Shown here one piece after another: positions 1 to 9,606 of a stretch of 53,466 bases of DNA; within the stretch, counting starts at the first letter, position 1; every line of letters starts with the position of its first letter. The position numbers and the translations under genes are program-made. The stretch lies in the NCBI GenBank assembly GCA_009781625.1, contig WQVI01000002.1:1-53466 (forward strand). Direction: 5' to 3'. The notes below the pieces were generated by a model. It did not search any database. It was not told the origin of the DNA and worked only from the letters and a program-made list of their open reading frames with translations. The stretch comes from Defluviitaleaceae bacterium (GTDB lineage Bacteria; Bacillota; Clostridia; Lachnospirales; WRAX01).

Positions 1-207
1 CACCGTTTCGCCTTTGATGATGTTGTCCTGCGTTATGCGCTCTTCCACGGTAAAGCGGCGGCGCGACACAAATGTAAGCACCAAGGACAGCAAAGGCAAC
101 GCCAAAACCGCATAAAGCGCCATATAGGTTATGCTATCTTCGTATAGGACTATGAGAAGTATAAGCGCGACAAGCACAACTATATACGTAATGCGATTTT
201 TAAGCAT
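1..207 (-). CDS. DUF58-like protein, N-terminal fragment (continues past window start)
   Basis: An ATG at 207 lies 9 nt downstream of the MoxR stop. The translation MLKNRITYIVVLVALILLIVLYEDSITYMALYAVLALPLLSLVLTFVSRRRF... gives two hydrophobic helices, the usual N-terminus of the DUF58 partner downstream of MoxR ATPases. It is truncated by the window and so is absent from the ORF track. Confidence 0.45.
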   Translation of the reverse strand, partial: MLKNRITYIVVLVALILLIVLYEDSITYMALYAVLALPLLSLVLTFVSRRRFTVEERITQDNIIKGETV

Positions 208-216
208 ATATCCCCC

Positions 217-1161
217 TTAAAGCGGCGCACGTACAGATTTTACAGCCGTCTCCACAACATCCTTAGACGTAAGACGCTTTAGCTTGGCTTCTTGCCTTAA
301 CACCAATCTATGCTCCATCACAGGTACAGCCATCTTTATGATGTCATCAGGCATAACATAGTCTCTCTTATTATACAACGCCCAAGCTTGTCCTGCGCGA
401 TACAAGCACAACGACGCACGCGGGCTGCCGCCCAGTGCCACATCTTCGCTTTCTCTGGTGGCGCGTACAATGCTAACGATATATTTATTAATTTTTTCAT
501 CTACATGCACTTTCGTAACAAGCTCTTGCGCCTCTACAAGCCTCTTCGCGTCAGCCACAGGCTGCAAATTCTTAATTGGATTAATCTCTTTAAAACGCGA
601 CAACATGCGGCTTTCTTCATCCGCCTGAGGATACCCCAGCGAAATACGCATGAAAAAGCGGTCCAGCTGAGCTTCAGGCAGCGGATATGTGCCCAGATAT
701 TCTATAGGGTTTTGCGTGGCAAACACGATGAAAGGCTGCGGAACCATATAAGTTTTGCCGTCCACTGTCACCTGGTTTTCTTCCATAACCTCAAGCAAAC
801 TGGACTGTGTCTTCGGTGATGTGCGGTTTATCTCATCCGCCAAAATAATTTGCGACATGATGGCGCCCTGATGATATTCAAAATCTCCCGTTTTCTGATT
901 ATACATCGAAAATCCCGTGATATCGGAAGGCAGGATGTCGGGTGTAAACTGTATGCGCCTAAAGCTACAATCAAAAGACTTTGCCATAGCAGAAACCAAG
1001 CTGGTTTTACCCACCCCCGGCATATCCTCTATAAGCACGTGCCCCGCGCATAAAAACGAGCACAGCGCCAGCTCTATGGCCTCGCGCTTGCCGATAATCA
1101 CCTGCTCTACATTATTAACGACATCTCGCAACATGATGTTGATATGGTCTGACATGGACAT
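217..1161 (-). CDS. MoxR-family AAA+ ATPase
   Basis: 314 aa. Walker A reads EDMPGVGKTS and Walker B reads ILADEINR. The length is typical of the AAA_3/MoxR family, and the C-terminal LVLRQEA region matches the MoxR lid. Confidence 0.9.
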   Translation of the reverse strand: MSMSDHINIMLRDVVNNVEQVIIGKREAIELALCSFLCAGHVLIEDMPGVGKTSLVSAMAKSFDCSFRRIQFTPDILPSDITGFSMYNQKTGDFEYHQGAIMSQIILADEINRTSPKTQSSLLEVMEENQVTVDGKTYMVPQPFIVFATQNPIEYLGTYPLPEAQLDRFFMRISLGYPQADEESRMLSRFKEINPIKNLQPVADAKRLVEAQELVTKVHVDEKINKYIVSIVRATRESEDVALGGSPRASLCLYRAGQAWALYNKRDYVMPDDIIKMAVPVMEHRLVLRQEAKLKRLTSKDVVETAVKSVRAPL

Positions 1162-1186
1162 TCTCCTTTATCTATGTACTTTTGCT

Positions 1187-1645
1187 TTATTTGCGTTCTC
1201 TTTTGCGGCAAACTAAAAAGATAATCAGCCAAAACACTGCACCTGCGCCAAAAAACGCGGCTATACCCCATAACACATCCGGAACATTTACCGGATTTGT
1301 TGCCATAAACACGACATTTTGTGGATTATTAGCATCAACCATCAATTCCCTTGACGAGCCAACTAACAGACGCGTGTTATAACGATGCACTGTGTAAAGC
1401 TGTCCTTCAAATTCAAACTGTATCACAGAAAATGCAGGTCTTTCATCACGATGCCTATTGAAAGATTCCGTTACAACACCGCTAACTTGCTCAAAATTTT
1501 GCATTGCATGGGCATCCCTTATATGTAAGATTGTAGCCGCGATACTCAAAATCAATGCCAAAACCACACAAGTAATGAAAAATCCTTTTGACTTCTCAGA
1601 ATCAAATCCTGTAAAATGGCTGCGGTTTATTGGTTTTATCATCAT
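1187..1645 (-). CDS. Membrane protein (DUF3592-like topology)
   Basis: 152 aa with an N-terminal TM, a beta-rich middle and a C-terminal TM followed by KRERK. Long ORF in an operon-like array with neighbours. The family name comes from memory only. Confidence 0.5.
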   Translation of the reverse strand: MMIKPINRSHFTGFDSEKSKGFFITCVVLALILSIAATILHIRDAHAMQNFEQVSGVVTESFNRHRDERPAFSVIQFEFEGQLYTVHRYNTRLLVGSSRELMVDANNPQNVVFMATNPVNVPDVLWGIAAFFGAGAVFWLIIFLVCRKRERK

Positions 1646-1663
1646 TGCTTCGCACCCCCTGCA

Positions 1664-1876
1664 TCAGCAATCATCAATAACTCTTTCGGCAAATTTACGG
1701 AAGGTATATTGGCTTCCACAATCACCCTCGCTGCCTATTTTATTCCAAAAGCAAGCGGGAATTTCTTTGTTTGCCAAATTCTTTTCTATACAGGGATTGC
1801 AGCTGCCATCATGCTTTATGGGATGATGTTCACAATCATAATATTCACATGTGCAAAAATGTCCTTTAGACAACAT
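1664..1876 (-). CDS. Small cysteine-rich protein, unknown function
   Basis: 70 aa with 8 Cys in CxC/CxxC-like spacing. It overlaps the gltX 3' end by 11 nt on the same strand. Confidence 0.45.
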   Translation of the reverse strand: MLSKGHFCTCEYYDCEHHPIKHDGSCNPCIEKNLANKEIPACFWNKIGSEGDCGSQYTFRKFAERVIDDC

Positions 1877-3335
1877 CCATCCCCCCTTTGCTTAGGGCGT
1901 GATGTATACGTCTCATGCTTTCGGCTTTACCCAAGATGGCCAGCAGGTCAGATGCGCCGCCCGGCGTAGCAGGTTTGCCCGAAAGCGCGACACGCATTGG
2001 CCACAACACCTGAGAATTTTTGAGGCCCGCCTCTTGTGCAAAATCTGTCATAAATTTATATAAACTCTCGTTATTCCAAGGGCCTTCATCATATTCTGCA
2101 AGCTTTGGCGCAATTTTAGAAAGTACATCTGCCGCAATAGCCACATCGCATTTAGATTTTTTGTGCGTGTAAAGCTCTGTATCATATTCTGGCAAATTGT
2201 CGATAAAATCAAGCATTTCAGGTAATTCATCAAGGGTGGCTATGCGCCCCTGCACAATTTTTGCCAAAGCTTTTATGTCAACATCCTGCCTTTTTACGGC
2301 TTGCCTCACATGGCTTTCGGCCAAGGCATAAAACGCGTCAAAATCCATAGCTTTAAGATATTCGCCATTAAACCAGCGCAACTTCGCCATATCAAATATG
2401 GAAGGAGATTTGCTTATGCCTTCAACGCCAAAAATCTGCTCAAGCTCTGCAAGGCTGTAAATTTCGCGGTTTTCAGGTGGAGACCACCCAAGCAGCACGA
2501 TATAGTTTATAATAGCTTCCGGCAAAAAACCCTTATCTAAAAAGTCCTCAAAATACGCATCCCCATGGCGTTTGGACAGCTTGCCACCGCCCTCGCGCAA
2601 TATATGCGGCAGATGCACATATATGGGGATATCCCAGCCCATCGCCTGATACAACAAATTGTATTTTGGCGTGCTGGTGAGATATTCGCTTCCGCGCATC
2701 ACATGGGTGATGGCCATAAGATGGTCATCCACCACATTTGCAAAATTATATGTGGGCATCCCATCAGACTTTATCAGCACTTGGTCTTCAAGCTCTTCAT
2801 TTTCTATGGTAATTTCGCCGTAAACTTGGTCAATAAAAGTGGTTTTGCCCTGGGGTATCAATTGGCGGATGACAAAAGATAGCCCATCTGCCAAATTTTT
2901 ATTAATTTCGTCGATGCTTAGGCCGCAGCAATGGCGGTCGTATTCTTCCAGCCCTTCAAGCCTATCCTTGGTGCAAAAGCAGTAATATGCACTGCCCTTG
3001 GCTACTAATTCCTTGGCGTATTCCAAATAATTGCTCTTGCGCTCGCTTTGCACATAAGGGCCATAGCTTCCGCCTACATCAGGCCCTTCATCATGGCTTA
3101 TGCCCGCAATGCGCAAAGTTTCATATATTTTTTCCACGGCGGCAGCCACAAAACGCTCTTGGTCTGTATCCTCAATGCGCAACACAAATGTGCCACCCAT
3201 TTTGCGCGCCAAAAGATATCCAAAAAGTGCCGTGCGCAAATTGCCAAGATGCATATACCCCGTCGGTGACGGTGCAAAACGTGTTCTAAATAACAATTCT
3301 ATCACATCCCTATATGGTTTAATGAACATTTTCAA
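1866..3335 (-). CDS. gltX: Glutamate--tRNA ligase
   Basis: 489 aa. The class I HIGH-type motif reads PSPTGYMHLGN, KMSKS reads KLSKRHG, and the overall GltX pattern is present. Confidence 0.95.
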   Translation of the reverse strand: MKMFIKPYRDVIELLFRTRFAPSPTGYMHLGNLRTALFGYLLARKMGGTFVLRIEDTDQERFVAAAVEKIYETLRIAGISHDEGPDVGGSYGPYVQSERKSNYLEYAKELVAKGSAYYCFCTKDRLEGLEEYDRHCCGLSIDEINKNLADGLSFVIRQLIPQGKTTFIDQVYGEITIENEELEDQVLIKSDGMPTYNFANVVDDHLMAITHVMRGSEYLTSTPKYNLLYQAMGWDIPIYVHLPHILREGGGKLSKRHGDAYFEDFLDKGFLPEAIINYIVLLGWSPPENREIYSLAELEQIFGVEGISKSPSIFDMAKLRWFNGEYLKAMDFDAFYALAESHVRQAVKRQDVDIKALAKIVQGRIATLDELPEMLDFIDNLPEYDTELYTHKKSKCDVAIAADVLSKIAPKLAEYDEGPWNNESLYKFMTDFAQEAGLKNSQVLWPMRVALSGKPATPGGASDLLAILGKAESMRRIHHALSKGGMDVV

Positions 3336-3391
3336 TCATTTTTCACATATGTATATTTTACCTTTAAATAGTATTAATGTAAAGAAGGAAT

Positions 3392-3428
3392 TAAAAAATG
3401 GCAGGCAATCATGCGGATTATCTGCCAT
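3392..3428 (-). terminator. Intrinsic terminator after the SH3-domain gene
   Basis: On the minus strand the stem ATGGCAG...CTGCCAT is followed by TTTTTTAATT. Confidence 0.6.
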
Positions 3429-3447
3429 TTGCATTAAATTTTAGCAA

Positions 3448-4269
3448 TTATCTAGAATTAAACGCCTGCGTTACGGCCGCCTGCATTTCGGCTTCCCAGC
3501 TTCTGTTGCCGTTATGGGGCCTAGAGCCAAGGAAGTGCAAGCATATATGACCATTTTTGCCATTTGTATGTATGGTAGACCCTGCATGTGGCATGGTATG
3601 TATTGCTGCCGCAAAGGTTCTGCCGTTGAAGGTAGCAAGAACGGGGCGTGCGCTCCAAGAATGGCCGCCGCTGGTTTGGCGCATTATTTCTGTGTCTTGC
3701 ACGGTAAGGGTTTCTACATCTGCGTGGTTTCCGTTTGAGAAGTTTCTAACATAATATGTAAGGCCGCTGCGTATGTCGTAAATTTGTATGGTGGTGCCTA
3801 TGGGTATGATACCATCGTCCCTCATCGTCCACCATGATATGTTTTCAATATTGCCGTTTATTTCGGCCGGTATTGCCGGTGCTATCTGAGGTGCCTCTTG
3901 GGTTGTTACTGATGTCACGTGCTGTGCCTGTGCCCTTGGAACTATGTATCTCGATGCCACATATCCTTGCGTTTCGCCAAACATAACATTTGAGAAGGCA
4001 TAGTCGTAATCGTTTACAGCCGGATTATACTCTACAACAAGTATTAAAGAGCCTGCCGGCAATAAAGTTATACGTTCGTAGTCCAGGCCCGGGCCGCTAC
4101 GCAAGTTGAGGTTTACAGTTGTTACAAATTCTGCGGGCCTCCAATAGCTGTCATAATATTCTTCATATTCTGATGCAAAGGCCGCTTGTGGGGATGCTAG
4201 CATAAACGAAACCGCCAGCAATACGGCAAAAAACCATCTATAAAAGTGCAAATCTTTTGTGCTTGACAT
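3448..4269 (-). CDS. Secreted SH3b-domain protein
   Basis: 273 aa. A signal peptide ends in AFASE. An SH3b-like segment reads NLNLRSGPGLDYERITLLPAGSLILV. The C-terminal domain is unassigned. Confidence 0.6.
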   Translation of the reverse strand: MSSTKDLHFYRWFFAVLLAVSFMLASPQAAFASEYEEYYDSYWRPAEFVTTVNLNLRSGPGLDYERITLLPAGSLILVVEYNPAVNDYDYAFSNVMFGETQGYVASRYIVPRAQAQHVTSVTTQEAPQIAPAIPAEINGNIENISWWTMRDDGIIPIGTTIQIYDIRSGLTYYVRNFSNGNHADVETLTVQDTEIMRQTSGGHSWSARPVLATFNGRTFAAAIHTMPHAGSTIHTNGKNGHICLHFLGSRPHNGNRSWEAEMQAAVTQAFNSR

Positions 4270-4411
4270 AATATCCCTCTTCCGTAATAATTTGTAGTAT
4301 TTGAGACTATGTTACAACAATCTCTCGATTTATTAAATATATTGTAACAACTGCGTAATAATTTGTCAAGCATTTTTTTAAATTTTTTTCATATTTTTTG
4401 TAAGATAATAA

Positions 4412-4435
4412 AAAACCGCCATTTTTGGCGGTTTT
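4412..4435 (-). terminator. Intrinsic terminator after the GDPD gene
   Basis: The palindrome AAAACCGCC-ATTTTT-GGCGGTTTT is flanked by A/T runs on both sides and could act bidirectionally. Confidence 0.6.
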
Positions 4436-4483
4436 GAGACTTGTGTTATGTTACAATATCATGTCAATTAACTCTTGCACACT

Positions 4484-5851
4484 CTATGGCCATGGTTGAA
4501 TTTGGGATTGAATGACTGTATTTGAAAATAATGTTTCCGCTATTTCAAAAAGGTCATTAATTGTTGCATTGCTGTGATGCTCGTAAACTACAATGATATA
4601 ATCCCCCCTGCGCAACACTTCAAAAGGAAAAATATTGTTTACTACGGCCTCAGAAATAAATAACATGTCACGATATATAAACAATTGATAATCCGTGCCG
4701 TGTACGCCATAATCATTACCATCCCGCGTTATATGCAGCACACGCTGGGTGTGGTTCCAATCCATTTTCTCGGTATATCTCTCAAAATGCCGTGCAGGAA
4801 GATAAATTTGTCTTGTTATTGGGCTTTCAAATGGTGTGCTCATCAAATTTTCGCGCATAGGGGCAGCCTCACCATCGCGTACATATGCGGTTGCGCCAAT
4901 TTTATAAAACATGGCCGCAGGCACGGCGTCCAGCCCTCGTATATTAGCGGCAATTCTGTTAACGTGGGATTCCACGGGCAATGGCACCTCAACAATGCCA
5001 CTATTGTTGCCGTATTTCAAAAAACCGGTATATATGGCATAAAAACCCATATCATATAGCATAGCCGCTTCCGCCGCAGAATCTATGGTATGCACAATAT
5101 ATCGCATTTCATCAAGGTTAAGATGGTCCACAAAAGATGGCACAACATGATACATAGGCATGGCCACTGCATACAAACCCTCATTCACGGCAAATTGATG
5201 TATGGCCCCAGGGTCACGTATATCAAGCGGCATCATATACAGCGTTAGGATGATGTCCTCAAAACCCAAGGCGCGTATGCGTGCCACACTTTCAAAACTG
5301 TAGGCCTGGACAATAAAGCGATGCTTATATTGAGGAAAACGCTCTGCAATGGCATAAAGCGCAGCATAATCGGTATCCTTAGTGTCGGTGATGATGCGCG
5401 GCCCAGGGTTTTCCCGCAAAAATTCTATCAGTCCGTCCAAGTCCACCGTCGTAAATCGGCTAAAAAGTTGATGGTCCATAAATTCGGCATGGGTCATGAT
5501 GCCGTTTGTAATGCCGGGGATGCGGTTTGATATGTGGTACCACAGGTGGGTTAAAACAATTTCACCGTCGCTTGAGGTTAGCATATCCAGTTCTATGTAC
5601 CGAAACCCGAGGGCAACGGCGTTTTGCATGGCTTCTAAAGAATTAGAGCCTTCCCAGCCCTCTATGGCGGCACCGGCATGAGCGATTAAAGCTAACCCTT
5701 GTCGCTGATCTTTAAGTTCAAGGGCTATTGCGTTGCTCGTATCTTTATATCCTACATTTTCATGCCCCAGCACAGCGGTGCTGCATCCTGTTACAATGAC
5801 CAAAATCATAGCTGAAATTAGGATGTTAATGAAATGTTTTTTCACGGACAT
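4484..5851 (-). CDS. Glycerophosphodiester phosphodiesterase-family lipoprotein
   Basis: 455 aa. The lipobox reads IVTGCS. The GDPD-like N-terminal motif reads LIAHAGA...NSLEAMQNAVALGFRYIELDM...DGEIVLTH. The C-terminal extension is unassigned. Confidence 0.7.
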   Translation of the reverse strand: MSVKKHFINILISAMILVIVTGCSTAVLGHENVGYKDTSNAIALELKDQRQGLALIAHAGAAIEGWEGSNSLEAMQNAVALGFRYIELDMLTSSDGEIVLTHLWYHISNRIPGITNGIMTHAEFMDHQLFSRFTTVDLDGLIEFLRENPGPRIITDTKDTDYAALYAIAERFPQYKHRFIVQAYSFESVARIRALGFEDIILTLYMMPLDIRDPGAIHQFAVNEGLYAVAMPMYHVVPSFVDHLNLDEMRYIVHTIDSAAEAAMLYDMGFYAIYTGFLKYGNNSGIVEVPLPVESHVNRIAANIRGLDAVPAAMFYKIGATAYVRDGEAAPMRENLMSTPFESPITRQIYLPARHFERYTEKMDWNHTQRVLHITRDGNDYGVHGTDYQLFIYRDMLFISEAVVNNIFPFEVLRRGDYIIVVYEHHSNATINDLFEIAETLFSNTVIQSQIQPWP

Positions 5852-5871
5852 TCTCCTTTAGTTGCCATAAT

Positions 5872-7329
5872 TTAATAAGCTCTGCCCCAAACAACCATAT
5901 GCTTGGCTTCCCCACCGCAGCAAACACAGGCTTCGCCAACTTTTTCCTGCTCGAAGGGGATGCAACGGCTGGTGGCTGTCGCAACTTCTTTCACTTTGTT
6001 TTCGCAGGCCAGCTCTCCACACCACATGGCTTTGATAAAGCCCGGGCGCGTGTCCAGTTGCTGCTTTATCTCTTCCAGGCTGTGGGCAACATAGGTTCTG
6101 CTTTCGCGGTTTTTAAGGGCCCTGTCATATAATGCCTGCTGGATAGAATCCAGCGCGTCCGCTATAGCCTGCTCTAAATTATCCAGCGAAACAACGGTTT
6201 TTTCACGGTCGTCACGGCGCACAATTACGGCCTGGCCGGCCTCGATGTCCTTTGGCCCTATCTCAACGCGCAAAGGCACACCCTTCATTTCATATTCGCT
6301 AAATTTCCAGCCGGGACTGCGGTCGCTGTCATCCAGCTTCACACGGAAATTGGACAGGCGGTTTTTCAAGCCGTTGGCAAAGTCCAAAACACCCTCTTTA
6401 TGCTGTGCGATAGGGATGATAACAACCTGCACAGGGGCAATTTTCGGCGGCAGCACAAGGCCGCTATTGTCGCCGTGGGTCATTATAACGCCGCCGATAA
6501 GGCGCGTGGAAATACCCCAGCTGCTTTGATGCACATAGGCCAGCTTATTTTCCTTGTTGGTATATTGTATGCCAAAGGCCCGTGCAAAGCCATCGCCAAA
6601 GTCATGGGTGGTGCCGCTTTGCAGGGCTTGTCCATCATGCATCATGTTTTCAAAGGTATAGGTTGCCTTCGCGCCCGCAAATTTCTCTTTATCCGTCTTT
6701 TTGCCTTTGATAACAGGCATGGCCAGATAGTTTTCGCAAACATCCGTGTAGATATCAAGGATGTTCAAGGCCTCTTGCAAAGCCTCTTCAGCAGTAGCAT
6801 GGGCCGTATGGCCTTCCTGCCACAAAAACTCACGATGGCGCAAAAATGGCCGCGTGGACTTTTCCCAGCGCACAACGCTACACCACTGGTTGTAAAGCTT
6901 TGGCAAATCTCTATGAGATTGTATTACATTTGCATAATGCTCGCAAAACAGCACCTCGGAGGTAGGGCGTGCGCACATACGCTCTGCAAGCTCTTCATCG
7001 CCGCCGCGAGTAACCCAGGCAACCTCTGGCGCAAAGCCTTCCACATGGTCCTTTTCCTTCTGCAACAGGCCCTCGGGGATAAACATAGGCAAATACACAT
7101 TTTCATGCCCGGTTGCCTTAAAACGCGCGTCAAATTCAGCTTTTATCTGCTCCCAAATGGCATAGCCATAGGGACGGTAGATGAAAAAGCCCCGCACGCC
7201 GCTATAATCAATTAATTCCGCCTTTTTCACTACATCCGTATACCACTGGGCAAAATCCACTTCCATATCGGTGATGGCCTCAACAAACTTCTGCCCCTTG
7301 GCGTTTTCTTTGGAATTTTCTTTCGCCAT
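5872..7329 (-). CDS. proS: Proline--tRNA ligase (archaeal/eukaryote-like type)
   Basis: A class II aaRS with a C-terminal Zn-like CxxC...CxxC region. I place the start at the ATG at 7329 (MAKENSK...), preceded by AAAGGAGC, rather than at the track start of 7386. Confidence 0.93.
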   Translation of the reverse strand: MAKENSKENAKGQKFVEAITDMEVDFAQWYTDVVKKAELIDYSGVRGFFIYRPYGYAIWEQIKAEFDARFKATGHENVYLPMFIPEGLLQKEKDHVEGFAPEVAWVTRGGDEELAERMCARPTSEVLFCEHYANVIQSHRDLPKLYNQWCSVVRWEKSTRPFLRHREFLWQEGHTAHATAEEALQEALNILDIYTDVCENYLAMPVIKGKKTDKEKFAGAKATYTFENMMHDGQALQSGTTHDFGDGFARAFGIQYTNKENKLAYVHQSSWGISTRLIGGVIMTHGDNSGLVLPPKIAPVQVVIIPIAQHKEGVLDFANGLKNRLSNFRVKLDDSDRSPGWKFSEYEMKGVPLRVEIGPKDIEAGQAVIVRRDDREKTVVSLDNLEQAIADALDSIQQALYDRALKNRESRTYVAHSLEEIKQQLDTRPGFIKAMWCGELACENKVKEVATATSRCIPFEQEKVGEACVCCGGEAKHMVVWGRAY

Positions 7330-7357
7330 AATAATGCTCCTTTGAAGTCTTTTAGAC

Positions 7358-7386
7358 ATTATGCCACAAAGCCATGCATATGTCAA
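7358..7386 (-). promoter_or_regulatory. Putative sigma-A promoter of proS
   Basis: The minus strand reads TTGACA-17 nt-CATAAT with TGg immediately upstream of the -10 (extended -10). Confidence 0.45.
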
Positions 7387-7422
7387 CTGGATTGATTTGT
7401 TTGACCAAGGTGCCCAATCCCC

Positions 7423-7617
7423 TTATTTGCCGTTATCAGCTCTGTGGCCTTTCCCCGCAATTTTAATTGGCCCATGTTTTTCTTCATAGCGCTCAATACA
7501 ATCGCGAATTAACTTCACAATTTGACTGTTTCCGGAACGGCCCTCATAAGCCGCCACATAATGCAGTTTGTTTAGTATTTCGCTGTCAATGCGAATGGAT
7601 ATGCTTTTAATAGCCAT
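7423..7617 (-). CDS. Ribbon-helix-helix (CopG/Arc-like) DNA-binding protein
   Basis: 64 aa. The N-terminal beta-strand KSISIRIDSEIL is followed by two helices, the typical RHH layout. Confidence 0.6.
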   Translation of the reverse strand: MAIKSISIRIDSEILNKLHYVAAYEGRSGNSQIVKLIRDCIERYEEKHGPIKIAGKGHRADNGK

Positions 7618-7723
7618 TATGTCACCTCAAAATAGATATATTATGGCTCTATTTTATATCTTATATGTAAAATGATTAAAAATAGATGTAAAATATATCT
7701 AAAGTGTTTTCTGAGGTGATGCT

Positions 7724-7897
7724 ATGAAACATAAATCGAATGAATTTGGTGCAAGTTCTTTAGAGGCAAAAGATGAGATTTTGCCCATAGATGAAAACAA
7801 GAAGCAAGATGATGAAACTAAAAATGAACTACCTAATGACGTGCCGCCTAAATCATTGGCATCGAAATTTCTTGATGATTTTATTGCATTACCGTAA
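7724..7897 (+). CDS. Small acidic protein (57 aa), hypothetical
   Basis: GAGGTGA lies 5 nt before the ATG. The translation is MKHKSNEFGASSLEAKDEILPIDENKKQDDETKNELPNDVPPKSLASKFLDDFIALP. It is below the ORF-track cutoff and divergent from the RHH gene. Confidence 0.35.
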   Translation: MKHKSNEFGASSLEAKDEILPIDENKKQDDETKNELPNDVPPKSLASKFLDDFIALP

Positions 7898-8653
7898 ATC
7901 TTTCCATAGCGCGAAAGTTTCACGCATAGCGGATGCCACATCCATTTCGTAAACCTCTTCTAGCGCGGCAACTGACACCACATCGCCAATCTTGCCCATG
8001 GCGGCAATTTCGCCTGCCTTCATCAACATAATGTTGTCAGATAAACGCATGGCCAGGTTGATATCATGCAGCACGCCTATTACACTGCGGCTTTGCTCCT
8101 TCGCCCAATTTTTCAAATAATCTATCAATTCTAATTGAAATTTAAGGTCCAGATGGTTTGTCGGTTCGTCCAGCAGGATAACCTGTGGGTCTTGGGCCAG
8201 CGTGCGCGCCAAAAATACCCGCTGGAGCTGGCCGCCGCTTAGGGCGTTGATGCTTTTATCGCGCTCGTCCCACAGCTTTACAGTGGTGAGGCATTTTTCC
8301 ACAAAGTCCTTATCCATGCGGCTAGGCGCACCCAAAAGGCCGCCCATATGCAGGTACCGCCCCATCATAACAACATCATAAACACTATACGAAAAATACA
8401 CAGGGGAAATTTGGCCCAGCATGGCCACCTTTGCGGCTAATTGGCGCGGCTTCATGGCGGCGGTACTTTGGCCGTCAATTTCCACCGTGCCGCGGAAGCT
8501 TAACAAACCGCAAATTGCCTTTAGCAAGGTGGATTTGCCGCAGCCGTTAGGCCCCACAATGGCCAGGCTTTCGCCTTTTTGCACCTCAAGGCTCAAGCTT
8601 TTAACCACATCTATGCCATTGTATCCTGCGCAAACATCTATCAATTTTAACAT
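7889..8653 (-). CDS. ABC transporter ATP-binding protein (FecE/BtuD-like)
   Basis: 254 aa. Walker A reads GPNGCGKST, the signature reads LSGGQLQR, and Walker B reads ILLDEP. Confidence 0.9.
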   Translation of the reverse strand: MLKLIDVCAGYNGIDVVKSLSLEVQKGESLAIVGPNGCGKSTLLKAICGLLSFRGTVEIDGQSTAAMKPRQLAAKVAMLGQISPVYFSYSVYDVVMMGRYLHMGGLLGAPSRMDKDFVEKCLTTVKLWDERDKSINALSGGQLQRVFLARTLAQDPQVILLDEPTNHLDLKFQLELIDYLKNWAKEQSRSVIGVLHDINLAMRLSDNIMLMKAGEIAAMGKIGDVVSVAALEEVYEMDVASAMRETFALWKDLR

Positions 8654-8667
8654 TGCCGTCTCCTATA

Positions 8668-9606
8668 TCACTGCCCTTGCTCTTGATTTACCCGAAACAC
8701 ATCAATAAAGTTAAAATGGCTTCCGATATGTCCCCCTACGCCCCCAACCAAAACCTTAATTTCTTCCACATCAGGCAGGCTGGCCAAAGAATGTATCAAT
8801 CTAAGGGTGTGGATATGGCCGCCGGTGCTGCCCCAATCTGCAATTGCGCCTTCCACGGGCATCAAATCCACAACCAGCCGCCTATCTTCATACCAAACAT
8901 CCCGTAGGCGTATGCCTGTATGCTCAAACATCAGCCGCTTTACATCTTCCTGCCAGCTTGCGGCGGCAATTTGCTCTGTTATATATGTGCCTTCAAAGGT
9001 GTTGTCGTCAAAGTCATAAAAACGCACCGCTACATTGCCTGTACGTGGAAAATGGCTTGGGCCGCCCTGGGTTGGCATATGCATCTGTTGTATACCCTGC
9101 ACCCAATAGGCCGTTACATCCCAATGTATTTGCCCATCCTGCACGATATAGGTTAATAGCACGTCAATAGACATGCCTGACCAAGTATGTGTCGATAGCT
9201 CCATCCTGCCACTAACTGACACATACCAAGGGCCTACCGTAATGCCCTCTTCATTCAGCACAATGCCCTCTCCGCCGGTAACTTGCAGTATAATTTCGGC
9301 ATTATCCATTAAGTCCGCAATAATTTCTTCATCAGAAAGACTATGCAGGAAAGCCCAAGATGCAAAGGGGTCGGGTTGGTCTAGCTCAATTTGCATTGCA
9401 GTGATTTCTTCCCTGTCCAATGCTATCCGCTCATGCTGCTGCGCAATTCTGACTTGGTTCTGCACTATAACCCTTTCTTGCTGTGCAATAGTGCCTTGCA
9501 ATTCCTCAATAATTTGCGCCTGCTCCTCAATAATTTGCGAATAATCCTCAGAACCGCAAGCTACCAAAAACAAAGCAAATAGCGCAGTTAAAATCAGTTT
9601 TCTCAT
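8668..9606 (-). CDS. Lipoprotein with coiled-coil and GerMN-like C-terminal domain
   Basis: The true start is the ATG at 9606, which forms an ATGA overlap with the permease stop. The sequence begins MRKLILTALFALFLVACGS (lipobox). A Q/E/I-rich coiled coil follows. The C-terminus ...VVDLMP...GSTGGHIHTLRLIHSLASLPDVEEIKVLVGG resembles GerMN. Confidence 0.65.
   Translation of the reverse strand: MRKLILTALFALFLVACGSEDYSQIIEEQAQIIEELQGTIAQQERVIVQNQVRIAQQHERIALDREEITAMQIELDQPDPFASWAFLHSLSDEEIIADLMDNAEIILQVTGGEGIVLNEEGITVGPWYVSVSGRMELSTHTWSGMSIDVLLTYIVQDGQIHWDVTAYWVQGIQQMHMPTQGGPSHFPRTGNVAVRFYDFDDNTFEGTYITEQIAAASWQEDVKRLMFEHTGIRLRDVWYEDRRLVVDLMPVEGAIADWGSTGGHIHTLRLIHSLASLPDVEEIKVLVGGVGGHIGSHFNFIDVFRVNQEQGQ

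Noticed and set aside
217-1161. Functional link between the MoxR ATPase at the window start and the vWA domain of Hsp70-4
   Set aside because: They are about 50 kb apart and on opposite strands. MoxR has its own DUF58 partner immediately downstream. There is no sequence evidence for a connection.
6400-7215. 271-aa plus-strand ORF
   Set aside because: It is antisense to proS, with no ribosome-binding site and no recognisable motif. This is a typical shadow ORF.
7330-7386. Extended proS start (track start 7386, [20 protein letters not shown]...)
   Set aside because: The extension overlaps the predicted -35/-10 promoter and has no ribosome-binding site. The ATG at 7329 has AAAGGAGC upstream and matches the usual ProS N-terminus.
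7699-7941. 80-aa minus-strand ORF
   Set aside because: It has no ribosome-binding site and overlaps the ABC ATPase 3' end in another frame. The plus-strand 57-aa ORF with a strong Shine-Dalgarno sequence explains the open frame better, though it is itself tentative.
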